A stretch of 53,465 nt of DNA from Nocardioides sp. Its GTDB lineage: Bacteria; Actinomycetota; Actinomycetes; Propionibacteriales; Nocardioidaceae. Shown piece by piece: positions 9,288-17,968 of the stretch. The position numbers and the translations under genes are program-made. The notes beneath the pieces are model-generated. The model ran no database searches, was not told where the DNA came from, and saw nothing but the letters and a program-made list of their open reading frames with translations. The stretch is from positions 1-53,465 of the forward strand of contig DASTUX010000101.1 of NCBI GenBank assembly GCA_035759395.1, read 5' to 3'. Position 1 is the first letter of the stretch; each line of letters begins with the position of its first letter.

Positions 9288-10775
9288 GTGCAAGCGCAGC
9301 CACGCGAACCTGGAGCGCTGATCCAGCGTCAGGACATCCTCGGCGTGCGGTGGCGCGTCCTCGTGCTGGTCGTGATCCTCGGGCTCGGTGGAGCGGGTGC
9401 CGGCGCCTGGTGGGGCCAGCGCGCCGCGGACACCCGGGACGCGTCGGCGGTGATCCTGATCAACCCGCTGTACGGCAACCCGTTCAGCCCGCAGGGCCGG
9501 GGCGACGACCTGGTCAACCTCGAGACCGAGGCGCAGCTGGTCACGTCCGACACGGTCGCAGAGCGGGTGTCGCAGCGGATCGGTCGCCACGAGAGCATCG
9601 ACGAGGTGCTCACCGGCGTCCGGGTGAAGGTGTCGCCGAACACGCAGATCCTCGCGATCCACGTCCGGCTCGCGTCGGCCGACGTCGCGAAGCAACGAGC
9701 CCAGGCGTTCGCCGCGGCCTACCTGTCCTACCGACGCCTCATCACCGAGCGGACCATCGCCGAGCAGTCCACGCAGCTGTACGCGCAGATCAGCAGGCTG
9801 AACGGGATCGTGCGGCACAAGACCCAGGTCCTCGCGGACGTCCGGCCGGGCTCTCCCCGCGCCCGGCTCCTGGACCAGCAGATCGGCGAGCTCACGAGTC
9901 AGGTGGGCCAGCTGCGGACCCTGCTGGCCACCGCGACCTCGGCGTCGCTGGACCCGGGGCAGGTCGTCACGCCCGCCACGGTCGTGGAGCCCGGCCTGCT
10001 CGACGGTCCCGTTCCCATGGGCGGGCTGGGCCTCCTCGCGGGCGTGATGGGGGCGCTCCTGCTGGCCACGGCCCTCGCCCGGCGAGACGACGTGATCCGG
10101 GACCCGTCGCTGCTGTCCACGAGCGAGATCCCGGTGCTCGGCTCCGTGCCGCATCCGCCGGACGTCACCCCCGGGGCCATGGGAGCCGTCCGGTCGGCCC
10201 TGCTCGCCGTCGACCCCCGTCGCCCGCTCGTGGTGCTGGTCGCGACGGCCGCTCCCGACCACGTGCTGGCGGCCACTCCTCTGGAACTCAGCTCGGCACT
10301 GGCCCACGGACGGCTCGAGACGGTGCTCGTCGACCTGGTGGGTGGCCTCGGCCCGGAGTTCCGCGCCCGCCTGGACGGAACGCAGTTCGGCCTCGTCGAC
10401 CTGCTGCTCGAGACCACCACGCCCGACGAGGCACTGTTCAGCGTCGCGCCCCACCTGATGGCGGTCGGGACCGGGAGCCGCGCCGACCGGCTCGACGACC
10501 TCGTGGCCGCGCCGGAGATGGGCCTCGTCCTGCTGGACCTGGGCAAGCGCGCGGACGTCGTCATCGCCGCCGGCGGCCCGCTCAGCGAGCCGCGCACCCA
10601 GGCCCTGGCCCGCCAGGTCGACCTCGTCCTCGTCGAGGTCCACGGCGGCCGGACGACCCTGAGTCACCTCGACGAGGCGCTCCGGAGCCTGAACCAGTAC
10701 GGCAGGAAGCTCGCCGGGCTCGTCTACGTCGCGCCGCCTCGGCGGCGGCGCCGGCGGGCGCGTGTCCATGACTGA
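9288..10775 (+). CDS. polysaccharide co-polymerase (Wzz/Wzc-like) with degenerate BY-kinase domain
   Basis: TM, NLETEAQLVTSDTVA, coiled coil, second TM, then a MinD/CpsD-like fold lacking Walker A/B; GAGAGGGA RBS before GTG 9288. Confidence 0.8.
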   Translation: MQAQPREPGALIQRQDILGVRWRVLVLVVILGLGGAGAGAWWGQRAADTRDASAVILINPLYGNPFSPQGRGDDLVNLETEAQLVTSDTVAERVSQRIGRHESIDEVLTGVRVKVSPNTQILAIHVRLASADVAKQRAQAFAAAYLSYRRLITERTIAEQSTQLYAQISRLNGIVRHKTQVLADVRPGSPRARLLDQQIGELTSQVGQLRTLLATATSASLDPGQVVTPATVVEPGLLDGPVPMGGLGLLAGVMGALLLATALARRDDVIRDPSLLSTSEIPVLGSVPHPPDVTPGAMGAVRSALLAVDPRRPLVVLVATAAPDHVLAATPLELSSALAHGRLETVLVDLVGGLGPEFRARLDGTQFGLVDLLLETTTPDEALFSVAPHLMAVGTGSRADRLDDLVAAPEMGLVLLDLGKRADVVIAAGGPLSEPRTQALARQVDLVLVEVHGGRTTLSHLDEALRSLNQYGRKLAGLVYVAPPRRRRRRARVHD

Positions 10776-12366
10776 ACGGACCGCGTCCACGGCGGGGCAC
10801 CTGGACCGAGTGGCCAGGGGAGGTGCGCTGGGCCTGAGTGGCGCCGTGGTCTCGGCCATCGGCGGGTTCGGGCTCGCCGTGGTGGTGACGCGAGGCTTCG
10901 ACCCCGACGTGGCGGGCGTGTTCTTCGCGTCGGTCTCCGTCTTCGCGGTCCTCGTGGCGGCGTGCAGCCTGGGGATCGAGACCGGGCTGGCCCGGTTCCT
11001 GCTCCGGCTGGAGGCGCAGGACCGCGTGGCCGACAGCCGTCGCGTGCTCCGGGTGGCCGCGGTCCCGACCCTGGTCACCGCCTGCCTCGTCGCCGCCTTC
11101 GTGGCCGCCGACGCCGACGCCCTCGGACGCTCGCTCCACCTGGGTCCGGACGCAGCGCTCCTCCTGCGCCTGCTCATGCTGGCCCTGCCGTTCGCCGTGG
11201 CCGCCGACCTGTGCCTCTCTGCCACCCGTGCGTTCGGTCGGATGCGGACGACCGTCGTCGTCGACCGGCTCCTGCGCTCGGGGCTCCAACCTCTCGCCGC
11301 GCTCCTGGTGGTGGCGGGTGGTGGGGGGCTGCTCGTCCTCGCCGCGAGCTGGGCGATGGCCTACGTGGTGTCGGCCGTCGTGGCCGGCATCGCCCTGAGC
11401 CGCTTCCTGCGCGACCGGTGGGCCGGTGCGCCCTCGGTCGTCAGCGCGCCCGGCGGCCGTGTGGGTCGTGACTTCTGGGCCTTCACCTGGCCCCGTGGCG
11501 TCGCCCGGCTGGCGCAGGTGGGGATCCAGAAGGCCGACATCGTGATCGTCGCGGTGATGCTCTCGCCCGGCCACGCCGCCCTCTACACCGCGGCGACCCG
11601 GTTCGTCGCGGTCGGTCAGCTGGTCACCCAGTCCCTCCAGCAGGTGCTGCAGCCGCGGTTCACGGCGATCCTGGTCCACGACGACGCCCGGACCCTCCGC
11701 GAGGTGTACGGCGTGGCGACGTCGTGGGCGATGCTGCTGGCCTGGCCGCTCTACCTCGCCGTCGGGTCGTCGCCGGCGGCGTACCTCTCGATCTTCGGCG
11801 AGCACTACGGCCCCGGGGCCTCCGGAGTCGGCGTCGTGGTGGTCGTGATGGCGGGCGCGATGCTCCTCGCCGTCGCGTCGGGCCCGGTCGACACCCTGCT
11901 GCTGATGGCGGGGCGCAGCGGGCTCAGCATGCTCAACGCCGTCACGGCTCTCGTGGTCGACGTCGTCCTGTGCCTGCTCCTCATCCCTGTGATGGGGATC
12001 AGCGGAGCCGCCGTCGCGTGGGCGGTGGCCGTGACGACGCGCTGCGGACTGGCCTTCGTGCAGGTCCACCACCAGCTGCACATCTCGCCGGTCGGCCGCG
12101 ACCAGGCCGTCGCCGCGCTGCTGCCCGTTGCCTGTGTCGGGATCCCGGTCGGGGTGTTCTCGGCCTGGACCGGCGCGGGACTCCTCGGCTGGCTGGCCGT
12201 CGGCCTCGTCTCGGCCGCGGCCTACGCCCGGTCCCTGTGGGTGTTCCGGGAACGGCTCCACCTCGACCTGCTCGCAGCTTCCCTCGTCCCGCGGCGCCCG
12301 CGCCGCGTCAATGCCCCGAAGGAGAGTGACACGGCATGGACATCCGACGACGAACTGGTGCCCTGA
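10768..12366 (+). CDS. wzx: Wzx-type polysaccharide flippase
   Basis: RVARGGALGLSG N-terminus, 12-14 TM, ALYTAATRF, GPVDTLLLMAGR; overlaps the upstream stop. Confidence 0.85.
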   Translation: MTERTASTAGHLDRVARGGALGLSGAVVSAIGGFGLAVVVTRGFDPDVAGVFFASVSVFAVLVAACSLGIETGLARFLLRLEAQDRVADSRRVLRVAAVPTLVTACLVAAFVAADADALGRSLHLGPDAALLLRLLMLALPFAVAADLCLSATRAFGRMRTTVVVDRLLRSGLQPLAALLVVAGGGGLLVLAASWAMAYVVSAVVAGIALSRFLRDRWAGAPSVVSAPGGRVGRDFWAFTWPRGVARLAQVGIQKADIVIVAVMLSPGHAALYTAATRFVAVGQLVTQSLQQVLQPRFTAILVHDDARTLREVYGVATSWAMLLAWPLYLAVGSSPAAYLSIFGEHYGPGASGVGVVVVVMAGAMLLAVASGPVDTLLLMAGRSGLSMLNAVTALVVDVVLCLLLIPVMGISGAAVAWAVAVTTRCGLAFVQVHHQLHISPVGRDQAVAALLPVACVGIPVGVFSAWTGAGLLGWLAVGLVSAAAYARSLWVFRERLHLDLLAASLVPRRPRRVNAPKESDTAWTSDDELVP

Positions 12367-13235
12367 GGAATCGACTCCCGGCGCCGGTGACGGTGACCCT
12401 GCGTGGCGCGGTCCTGGCCTGGGGACGGCTCACGGCCGACTTCAGGATGACGCCCTCGGTCCTGGTCATCGGGGCCCAGCGGTCCGGGACGACCACTCTC
12501 TTCAGGTTGCTCGAGGCCCACCCCAACCTGGTCCGCCCCACCCTCGTGAAGGGGACGGGCTACTTCGACGACCGGTACGCCCACGGCGCCCGGTGGTACG
12601 CCGCGCACTTCCCGTTGCGGGTCACGGCCAGGTGGCTCGCCCGGGGAGGGCCGGCGCACACGTTCGAGTGCAGTGGCTACTACCTGTTCCACCCGCTGGC
12701 GGCGGGCCGGATCGCCCGTGACCTGCCCGGCGTCCAGGTCGTCGTCCTGGTGCGCGACCCGGTCGAGCGGGCCTGCTCCGCGTACCGCCACGAGCTGGCC
12801 CGGGGCTTCGAGACCAAGTCGTTCGAGGAGGCCCTGATGCTCGAGCCGTTCCGGACCGCGGGGGAGGGCGACCGGCTGGCCGCCGAGCCGGACTACCGCA
12901 GCTTCGCGCACCGGCACCACGCGTACCTGCAGCGCAGCGACTACGCCCCGCAGATCCAGCGGTTCGTCGACGCGCTCGGGGCCGACCGGGTCCACGTCGT
13001 CGAGGCGGACGAGTTCTTCGCGGACCCGGTGACGCAGTTCCTCGCGCTCCAGCGGAGCCTGGGCCTGCCGGAGTGGGAGCCCGGAGAGGTCGGCCACTGG
13101 AACGCCCGGCCGGGCCGATCCCTCTCCCCGGCCCGTCGTGCGGAGCTGATGCACCACTTCGAGCGGTCCGACGCCCGGCTCGCCGCCCTGCTCGGGCGCA
13201 CGCCGTCGTGGCGCAGGGCGCGGGTGGCGTCGTGA
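12336..13235 (+). CDS. PAPS-dependent sulfotransferase
   Basis: 5'-PSB loop IGAQRSGTTTL and 3'-PB motif LVRDPVERACS. Confidence 0.9.
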   Translation: MDIRRRTGALRNRLPAPVTVTLRGAVLAWGRLTADFRMTPSVLVIGAQRSGTTTLFRLLEAHPNLVRPTLVKGTGYFDDRYAHGARWYAAHFPLRVTARWLARGGPAHTFECSGYYLFHPLAAGRIARDLPGVQVVVLVRDPVERACSAYRHELARGFETKSFEEALMLEPFRTAGEGDRLAAEPDYRSFAHRHHAYLQRSDYAPQIQRFVDALGADRVHVVEADEFFADPVTQFLALQRSLGLPEWEPGEVGHWNARPGRSLSPARRAELMHHFERSDARLAALLGRTPSWRRARVAS

Positions 13236-14560
13236 TCGCCCTGATGGCCGGCGGTCACCGCCAGCGGCTGCGGCGATGGGGACACCGGGCCCTGCGACTG
13301 GTGCGAGCGGCCGAGCGGAGGGTCCTCGAGATGGCCGGTCGGGCGCCGATCCCGGTCCGCTGGCGGCGCTGGCTCTCGGACCTGCTGCTGTGGCGCCGGC
13401 GAACCACTCCCGTGCCGGTCGGCAAGGTGCTGCTGGGCGGGCAGAACGGCATGAGTGCCGCCGACTTCGCCGCACGTACGGGCGACCTCCTGTGGCCGTC
13501 CCGGCGGGTCGTGGACGGACCGCACGCGGAGCTCCTGCGGGCCGCGGCGACCCATGAGCTCACCGACGACGAGATCCTGGTGTCCGACTACGGGCGGATG
13601 GCCCGCCAGTGCATCGAGATCTCCGGGCAGTACTTCTCGGCGACCGACGACCGGGGGATCCTCGACGTCGCGCGTGCCTACCTCGCCCGGTCGTCCTCCC
13701 GAGCGGCGCCGCCCGCGCCGCCGACGGCGCGACGGCCGCACCAGAGCAGGCCCGGCACCCCGCCGCTGGTGGCACCGGTGCGGGACAGCGACTGCTACCA
13801 GGTCATCGACGGGCACCACCGCGTCGCCGCCCTGAGTGCGGCGGGAGTCGGCACCGTCGACGTCCGCCTCCGCAGGGCAGCGGTGTCGACGCCCCTGCAG
13901 GACGTCCTGGACCGGATGTCGTGGATCGGCGGGACCCGCGAGCTCTACCAGCCGGTGGCCGCTCCCGAGCTCGAGAAGTCCTGGACGACCGTACGCCGGT
14001 GCACGGACCGGTTCGAGGCGATGCGCGGCGTCCTCGGTGATCTCGGGCTGGCGGCCACGGAGTCGTCGTACCTCGACGTCGCGAGCTGCTACGGATGGTT
14101 CCTGGCCGGGATGGCGGACCTCGGCTACGCGGTCGAGGGGATCGAGCGCGACCCCCTTGCGCCGGTCCTCGGCGCCGCGGTGCACGGCCTCGACCCGCGG
14201 GCGGTGACCACCGGCGACGCGGTCGCGTTCCTGCGGTCCGCCGACCGGGCCTGGGACGTCGTGTCCTGCTTCAGCCTGCTGCACCACTTCGCGCTGGGTC
14301 ACGGCAGCGTCGACCCGGCCGGCCTGGTGCGGCTGCTGGACCACGTCACCGGACGGGTGCTCTTCCTGGACACGGGACAGGCCCACGAGGCGTGGTTCAG
14401 GGACACGCTGCCGGAGTGGGACACCGCGGCCGTCCACCGGTTCCTGGAGCACGAGGGGACCTTCGACCGCGTGGTCGACCTGGGGCCCGACCACGACGCG
14501 GTCACGCCGTACGACCACAACTACGGCAGGCACCTGTTCGCCTGCATCCGCGACCGATGA
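13232..14560 (+). CDS. ParB/Srx-like domain fused to class I SAM-dependent methyltransferase
   Basis: PPLV...YQVIDGHHRVAAL (ParB/Srx core); YLDVASCYGWF, VEGIE, WDVVSCFSLLHH (MTase); GTGA overlap with the sulfotransferase stop. Confidence 0.75.
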   Translation: MIALMAGGHRQRLRRWGHRALRLVRAAERRVLEMAGRAPIPVRWRRWLSDLLLWRRRTTPVPVGKVLLGGQNGMSAADFAARTGDLLWPSRRVVDGPHAELLRAAATHELTDDEILVSDYGRMARQCIEISGQYFSATDDRGILDVARAYLARSSSRAAPPAPPTARRPHQSRPGTPPLVAPVRDSDCYQVIDGHHRVAALSAAGVGTVDVRLRRAAVSTPLQDVLDRMSWIGGTRELYQPVAAPELEKSWTTVRRCTDRFEAMRGVLGDLGLAATESSYLDVASCYGWFLAGMADLGYAVEGIERDPLAPVLGAAVHGLDPRAVTTGDAVAFLRSADRAWDVVSCFSLLHHFALGHGSVDPAGLVRLLDHVTGRVLFLDTGQAHEAWFRDTLPEWDTAAVHRFLEHEGTFDRVVDLGPDHDAVTPYDHNYGRHLFACIRDR

Positions 14561-15768
14561 GCGCCGACGCGGCCGCGACGACCGCGGAGGAGCTCGTCTC
14601 GACCGTCCGTGCGCTCTGGCCCGAGGGTGAGGTGAGGCTGGGCCGTCAGCGCAAGCCGGCGCCGGCGAGCTGCACGGCGCAGTTCGCCGTGGTGCCGCAC
14701 GCGCGCGCACCGCGACTGCTCATCCCCTCGGAGCAGCCCGGCGCGTCCACCTCGCTGCGGCGCTTCAGCACCGCGGTGTCGGCCAGGGCAACGATGGAAC
14801 GGCTGACGGCTGCGCTGCTCACTCGGGCGACCCGAGGGGCCCTCCTGGCCGACCGGATCATCGTGACCGGTGGCACCAGCGGCTCCCTGGCCGCACACCT
14901 GGCCGAGATCTTCGACGGGCCGGTGACGTTCAGCCTCGGGATCGGGACCGCGCGGGTGAACCGGAAGCCGGTGCTGCAGGTCTTCGACGCCGACGGCCGC
15001 ACCCTGGCGTTCGCGAAGCTGGCCGCGTCGGAGCGGGCGCGGGCCGCCCTCGCGACCGAGGCGGCCTGCCTGGACCGCCTCGCCCGGCGGACCTGGACGC
15101 ACCTGGCGCCTCCCCGGCTTCTCCACCGGACGGAGTGGAACGGGATGCAGGTGCTGCTGCTCAGTCCGCTGCCGACGACGCCGTTCCGGCGCCCGCGCGA
15201 CCTCTGGCGTCCCCCGGACGAGGCGATGGCGGAGCTGGCGGGGGCGTTCCCCGGTGCCGGCGGCACCCTCGGGGAGCTGCCCTGGCTCGCGGCCCGGCGC
15301 TGGGTGGCGGACGGGCTGCGCGACCGGCGGTCGGGCGAGCTGCTGTCGCGCTCCATCGACGCGCTCGTCGATCTGGCGGCCGAACGGACCTGGGCGGTCG
15401 GCGCCTGGCACGGCGACTGGACCGCGTGGAACATGTGCCGCTCGGGCGGCGTCGTCCAGCTGTGGGACTGGGAACGGTTCCAGACCGACGTCCCCGCCGG
15501 TCTGGATCGCTTCCACTATCTCGTCAACGCCGCCACCAGCCGGCGGGGGCTGACCCCCGCGACGATCAGGTCCGGCCTGGACCGTGCCGCCGGCGGGAAC
15601 GCGCTCCGGGAGATCGGCTCACCGCTCCACGTGCTGGCCGGCTGCTACCTGGTGTCGGTGGCGACGCGGTACCTCACGCTGGGAGAAGGCGAGGGCGGAG
15701 GTGTGATTACCGAGCGAGCTCAGTGCACCTTGTCCGCCCTCGCCGACCTGGTGGGCCGATCCGGCTGA
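14557..15768 (+). CDS. APH/choline kinase-like phosphotransferase
   Basis: AFAK, conserved E, HGDWTAWN (Brenner motif), LWDWE; ATGA overlap. Confidence 0.8.
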   Translation: MSADAAATTAEELVSTVRALWPEGEVRLGRQRKPAPASCTAQFAVVPHARAPRLLIPSEQPGASTSLRRFSTAVSARATMERLTAALLTRATRGALLADRIIVTGGTSGSLAAHLAEIFDGPVTFSLGIGTARVNRKPVLQVFDADGRTLAFAKLAASERARAALATEAACLDRLARRTWTHLAPPRLLHRTEWNGMQVLLLSPLPTTPFRRPRDLWRPPDEAMAELAGAFPGAGGTLGELPWLAARRWVADGLRDRRSGELLSRSIDALVDLAAERTWAVGAWHGDWTAWNMCRSGGVVQLWDWERFQTDVPAGLDRFHYLVNAATSRRGLTPATIRSGLDRAAGGNALREIGSPLHVLAGCYLVSVATRYLTLGEGEGGGVITERAQCTLSALADLVGRSG

Positions 15769-15813
15769 CCCCCACATCTCCCCAGCGGGGCCTTCTTTCC
15801 AAGCGGCCCGGCG

Positions 15814-16797
15814 CTACGGCGCCTTCTGGATCACCGGCGTGCCGGCGACCGCGTCCTTGTAGCTGTTCAGCTTCGTCTGCGTGCCCAACGTCCACGGGGC
15901 GACGCTGTTCAGCGAGCTGTCGAAGTAGGAGAACGCGATGCCGCCGTAGGTCGTCATCTGGTCGACGACCTGGTTGATCCAGCCCGGCTTCGCCTCCGCT
16001 CCGTCGTTCGTGATTCCCGTCTCGCCGAGGCCCCACTTGACGTTGTTGTTCGCGGCCCAGGTCGAGATCGGCTTGTAGTAGGAGTTCTCGAAGTCTGTCC
16101 ACTTCGTCGTCTTCACGCCGTTCTTGACGACCCCGTAGTTCTGGTAGACGTCGAAGCCGGCCACGTCGATCTTGACTCCGCGGGGCCAGATGTTGCTGAG
16201 CCGGTACTGCGTGTCGCCGTAGAGCTCGTGCCACCCGGTGAGGACGACCGTGAAGCCGACGTTGGCGGCACGGGAGCGGATCATCGGGGCCAGGCGCTCC
16301 TGCATCTTGCGCCAGGTCTGGATGTCACCGTCGCCCTCGGGCTCGTGGTGGAACGCGAGCCAGACCGGTCCGTTGAGCCCGGCGAAGCGGGTCGCGAGGT
16401 CCTTCGCCCAGGCGTCGCCGCGGCCGGCCACCATGTCGGACCAGGAGTAGGGCAGCTTGAAGCTGATCCACGGGAGTCGGCCGGCGGCCAGGTCGTTGCG
16501 GGCCATCGTGACGCCGTTCGTGACCTGGGAGCCGGTGTAGTAGGTGCGGTGGACGGCGAGCCGGCGGCCGATGGTCGACTCGAGGCCGGACGGGTCCGAG
16601 TTGGAGCCGTGCGCGGCACCGACGTAGGTGCCACAGGTCGGGATCCCGCGCGGGCCGTAGGTGCACCCGTTGCTCAGGGCCTTCGATGAAGCGGTCGTCG
16701 TCGTTGCTGACTTCGGCGCGGAGGAGGCTTCCGCGCTCATTGGCTGGAAAGCTGCGATGGCGACCAAGGAGGCCGCCGCGGCGATGAATCGGATCAT
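15814..16797 (-). CDS. secreted GH26-like (clan GH-A) glycoside hydrolase
   Basis: Signal peptide; WLAFHHEPE (acid/base), VAGFDVY, WGLGETG (nucleophile). Confidence 0.75.
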   Translation of the reverse strand: MIRFIAAAASLVAIAAFQPMSAEASSAPKSATTTTASSKALSNGCTYGPRGIPTCGTYVGAAHGSNSDPSGLESTIGRRLAVHRTYYTGSQVTNGVTMARNDLAAGRLPWISFKLPYSWSDMVAGRGDAWAKDLATRFAGLNGPVWLAFHHEPEGDGDIQTWRKMQERLAPMIRSRAANVGFTVVLTGWHELYGDTQYRLSNIWPRGVKIDVAGFDVYQNYGVVKNGVKTTKWTDFENSYYKPISTWAANNNVKWGLGETGITNDGAEAKPGWINQVVDQMTTYGGIAFSYFDSSLNSVAPWTLGTQTKLNSYKDAVAGTPVIQKAP

Positions 16798-16923
16798 TGG
16801 TTACCCTCGAAACGTCGGGGCAACGGCTCTCTTGACCGAGATGCCGTGCCAGTTCTTCCCCACAAGGCAGGGACACTAGTCACGCTTCGGGGAGCGTAAT
16901 CGGCCTTCGTACACCAACTGGGT

Positions 16924-17034
16924 TAGACGAATTCGACGCGCCGACCTAGTCCGAACGTGTCAGAGGCACGATTCCAGTCGGGTCATGGCAACGATTCCAA
17001 CTGGGGCATGACTTCATGACCCGTTCGGGTCATG
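16924..17034. promoter_or_regulatory. phased array of 16-bp operator-like boxes upstream of the GH26 gene
   Basis: Boxes at 16924, 16947, 16970, 16993, 17017 (period 23-24 bp); the last lies in the perfect palindrome CATGACCCG-TT-CGGGTCATG. Confidence 0.65.
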
Positions 17035-17062
17035 GAGCGATCAGGGGTCGTCGGGCTCCCTG

Positions 17063-17968
17063 TCAGATGCCGTGGCCGCGCCGGTGGGCGAGGTCCATCA
17101 GCCGCTCCGCCGACACGAGGTGGAGGGCTACCGCAGCCGCGAGCCACGCTCGTCGCTCGGTGGGGGCGACCCGCAGCGTGCGCGCGACCGCCGGGAGTGC
17201 CTCGCGGTTGCCGAGGGCCGCGAGCGCAAATGCGCGACGTCCGTAGAGCCGGCCGAGGGCCCGCGGATCCTCGTGGAAGACCGGGTGCTTGGCGAGCCCG
17301 TAGTCGATCGCGTCGATGATGGTCTGCCACTGGCGGGAGAACTGTGATCCTCCCCACTTCACCCGCACCAGGGGCTGGGTGACGACGGCGAAACCGCCCA
17401 CCTCGGCCGCCCGCAGGATCCAGTCGAAGTCCTCGCCGTAGCTGCCGGGGATCTCCTCGTCGACGAGGCCGATGTCGTTGACCAGCGCGTCACGCCGGAC
17501 CATCACGGAGGAGGGGTGGGCCGCCATCACGCGGTTTCGGGCCAGGGTGGCCAGGGTGAGGTCCTCCGGGTCCGGGATCCGGACGATGCTGTGGCCGTCG
17601 TACTCGATGATGATGCCGGTGACCGACGTGGGTCCTGCGTGCTCGGCGAGCTTGCGGACCTGCAGGGACGCCTTCTCGGGCAGCCAGGCGTCGTCGTCGT
17701 CGCAGAAGGCGACCAGGTCGCCCTCGCCGGCGAGGATGCCGCAGTTGCGGGCCCCGGCCAGCCCGGGGGTCCGGGTGTTCGTGAGTACGTCGACGGGTCG
17801 GTGGGGACCGGTGCGGACCAGGGAGAGGTCGGGCGACGACCGGTCGAAGACGACGAGGCAGCGGATGACGCCCGGGTAGGTCTGGCTGGTCACGCCCTCG
17901 ATGGCCCGACGCAGGAGGTCCGGGCGCTGGTGGGTGGCGATGACGACGTCGATGCTGGGAGGGATCAT
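17063..17968 (-). CDS. glycosyltransferase family 2
   Basis: IDVVIATHQRP, GLAGARNCGI, VAFCDDDDAW, GEDFDW. Confidence 0.93.
   Translation of the reverse strand: MIPPSIDVVIATHQRPDLLRRAIEGVTSQTYPGVIRCLVVFDRSSPDLSLVRTGPHRPVDVLTNTRTPGLAGARNCGILAGEGDLVAFCDDDDAWLPEKASLQVRKLAEHAGPTSVTGIIIEYDGHSIVRIPDPEDLTLATLARNRVMAAHPSSVMVRRDALVNDIGLVDEEIPGSYGEDFDWILRAAEVGGFAVVTQPLVRVKWGGSQFSRQWQTIIDAIDYGLAKHPVFHEDPRALGRLYGRRAFALAALGNREALPAVARTLRVAPTERRAWLAAAVALHLVSAERLMDLAHRRGHGI

Noticed and set aside
13232-14560. ParB-like gene as partner of the ParA at 37736, or as a DNA-modification/defence gene
   Set aside because: 23 kb apart, no HTH, no DNA-MTase DPPY/PC motif, and embedded by overlaps in a glycan operon
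16928-16955. Sigma-H-type promoter (GGA...GAAT) on the minus strand above the GH26 gene
   Set aside because: Spacing is about 2 nt shorter than the B. subtilis consensus as I recall it and the -35 match is weak
16924-17034. Repeat array as a mini-CRISPR
   Set aside because: Units are degenerate with 7-8 nt spacers, and there are no cas genes
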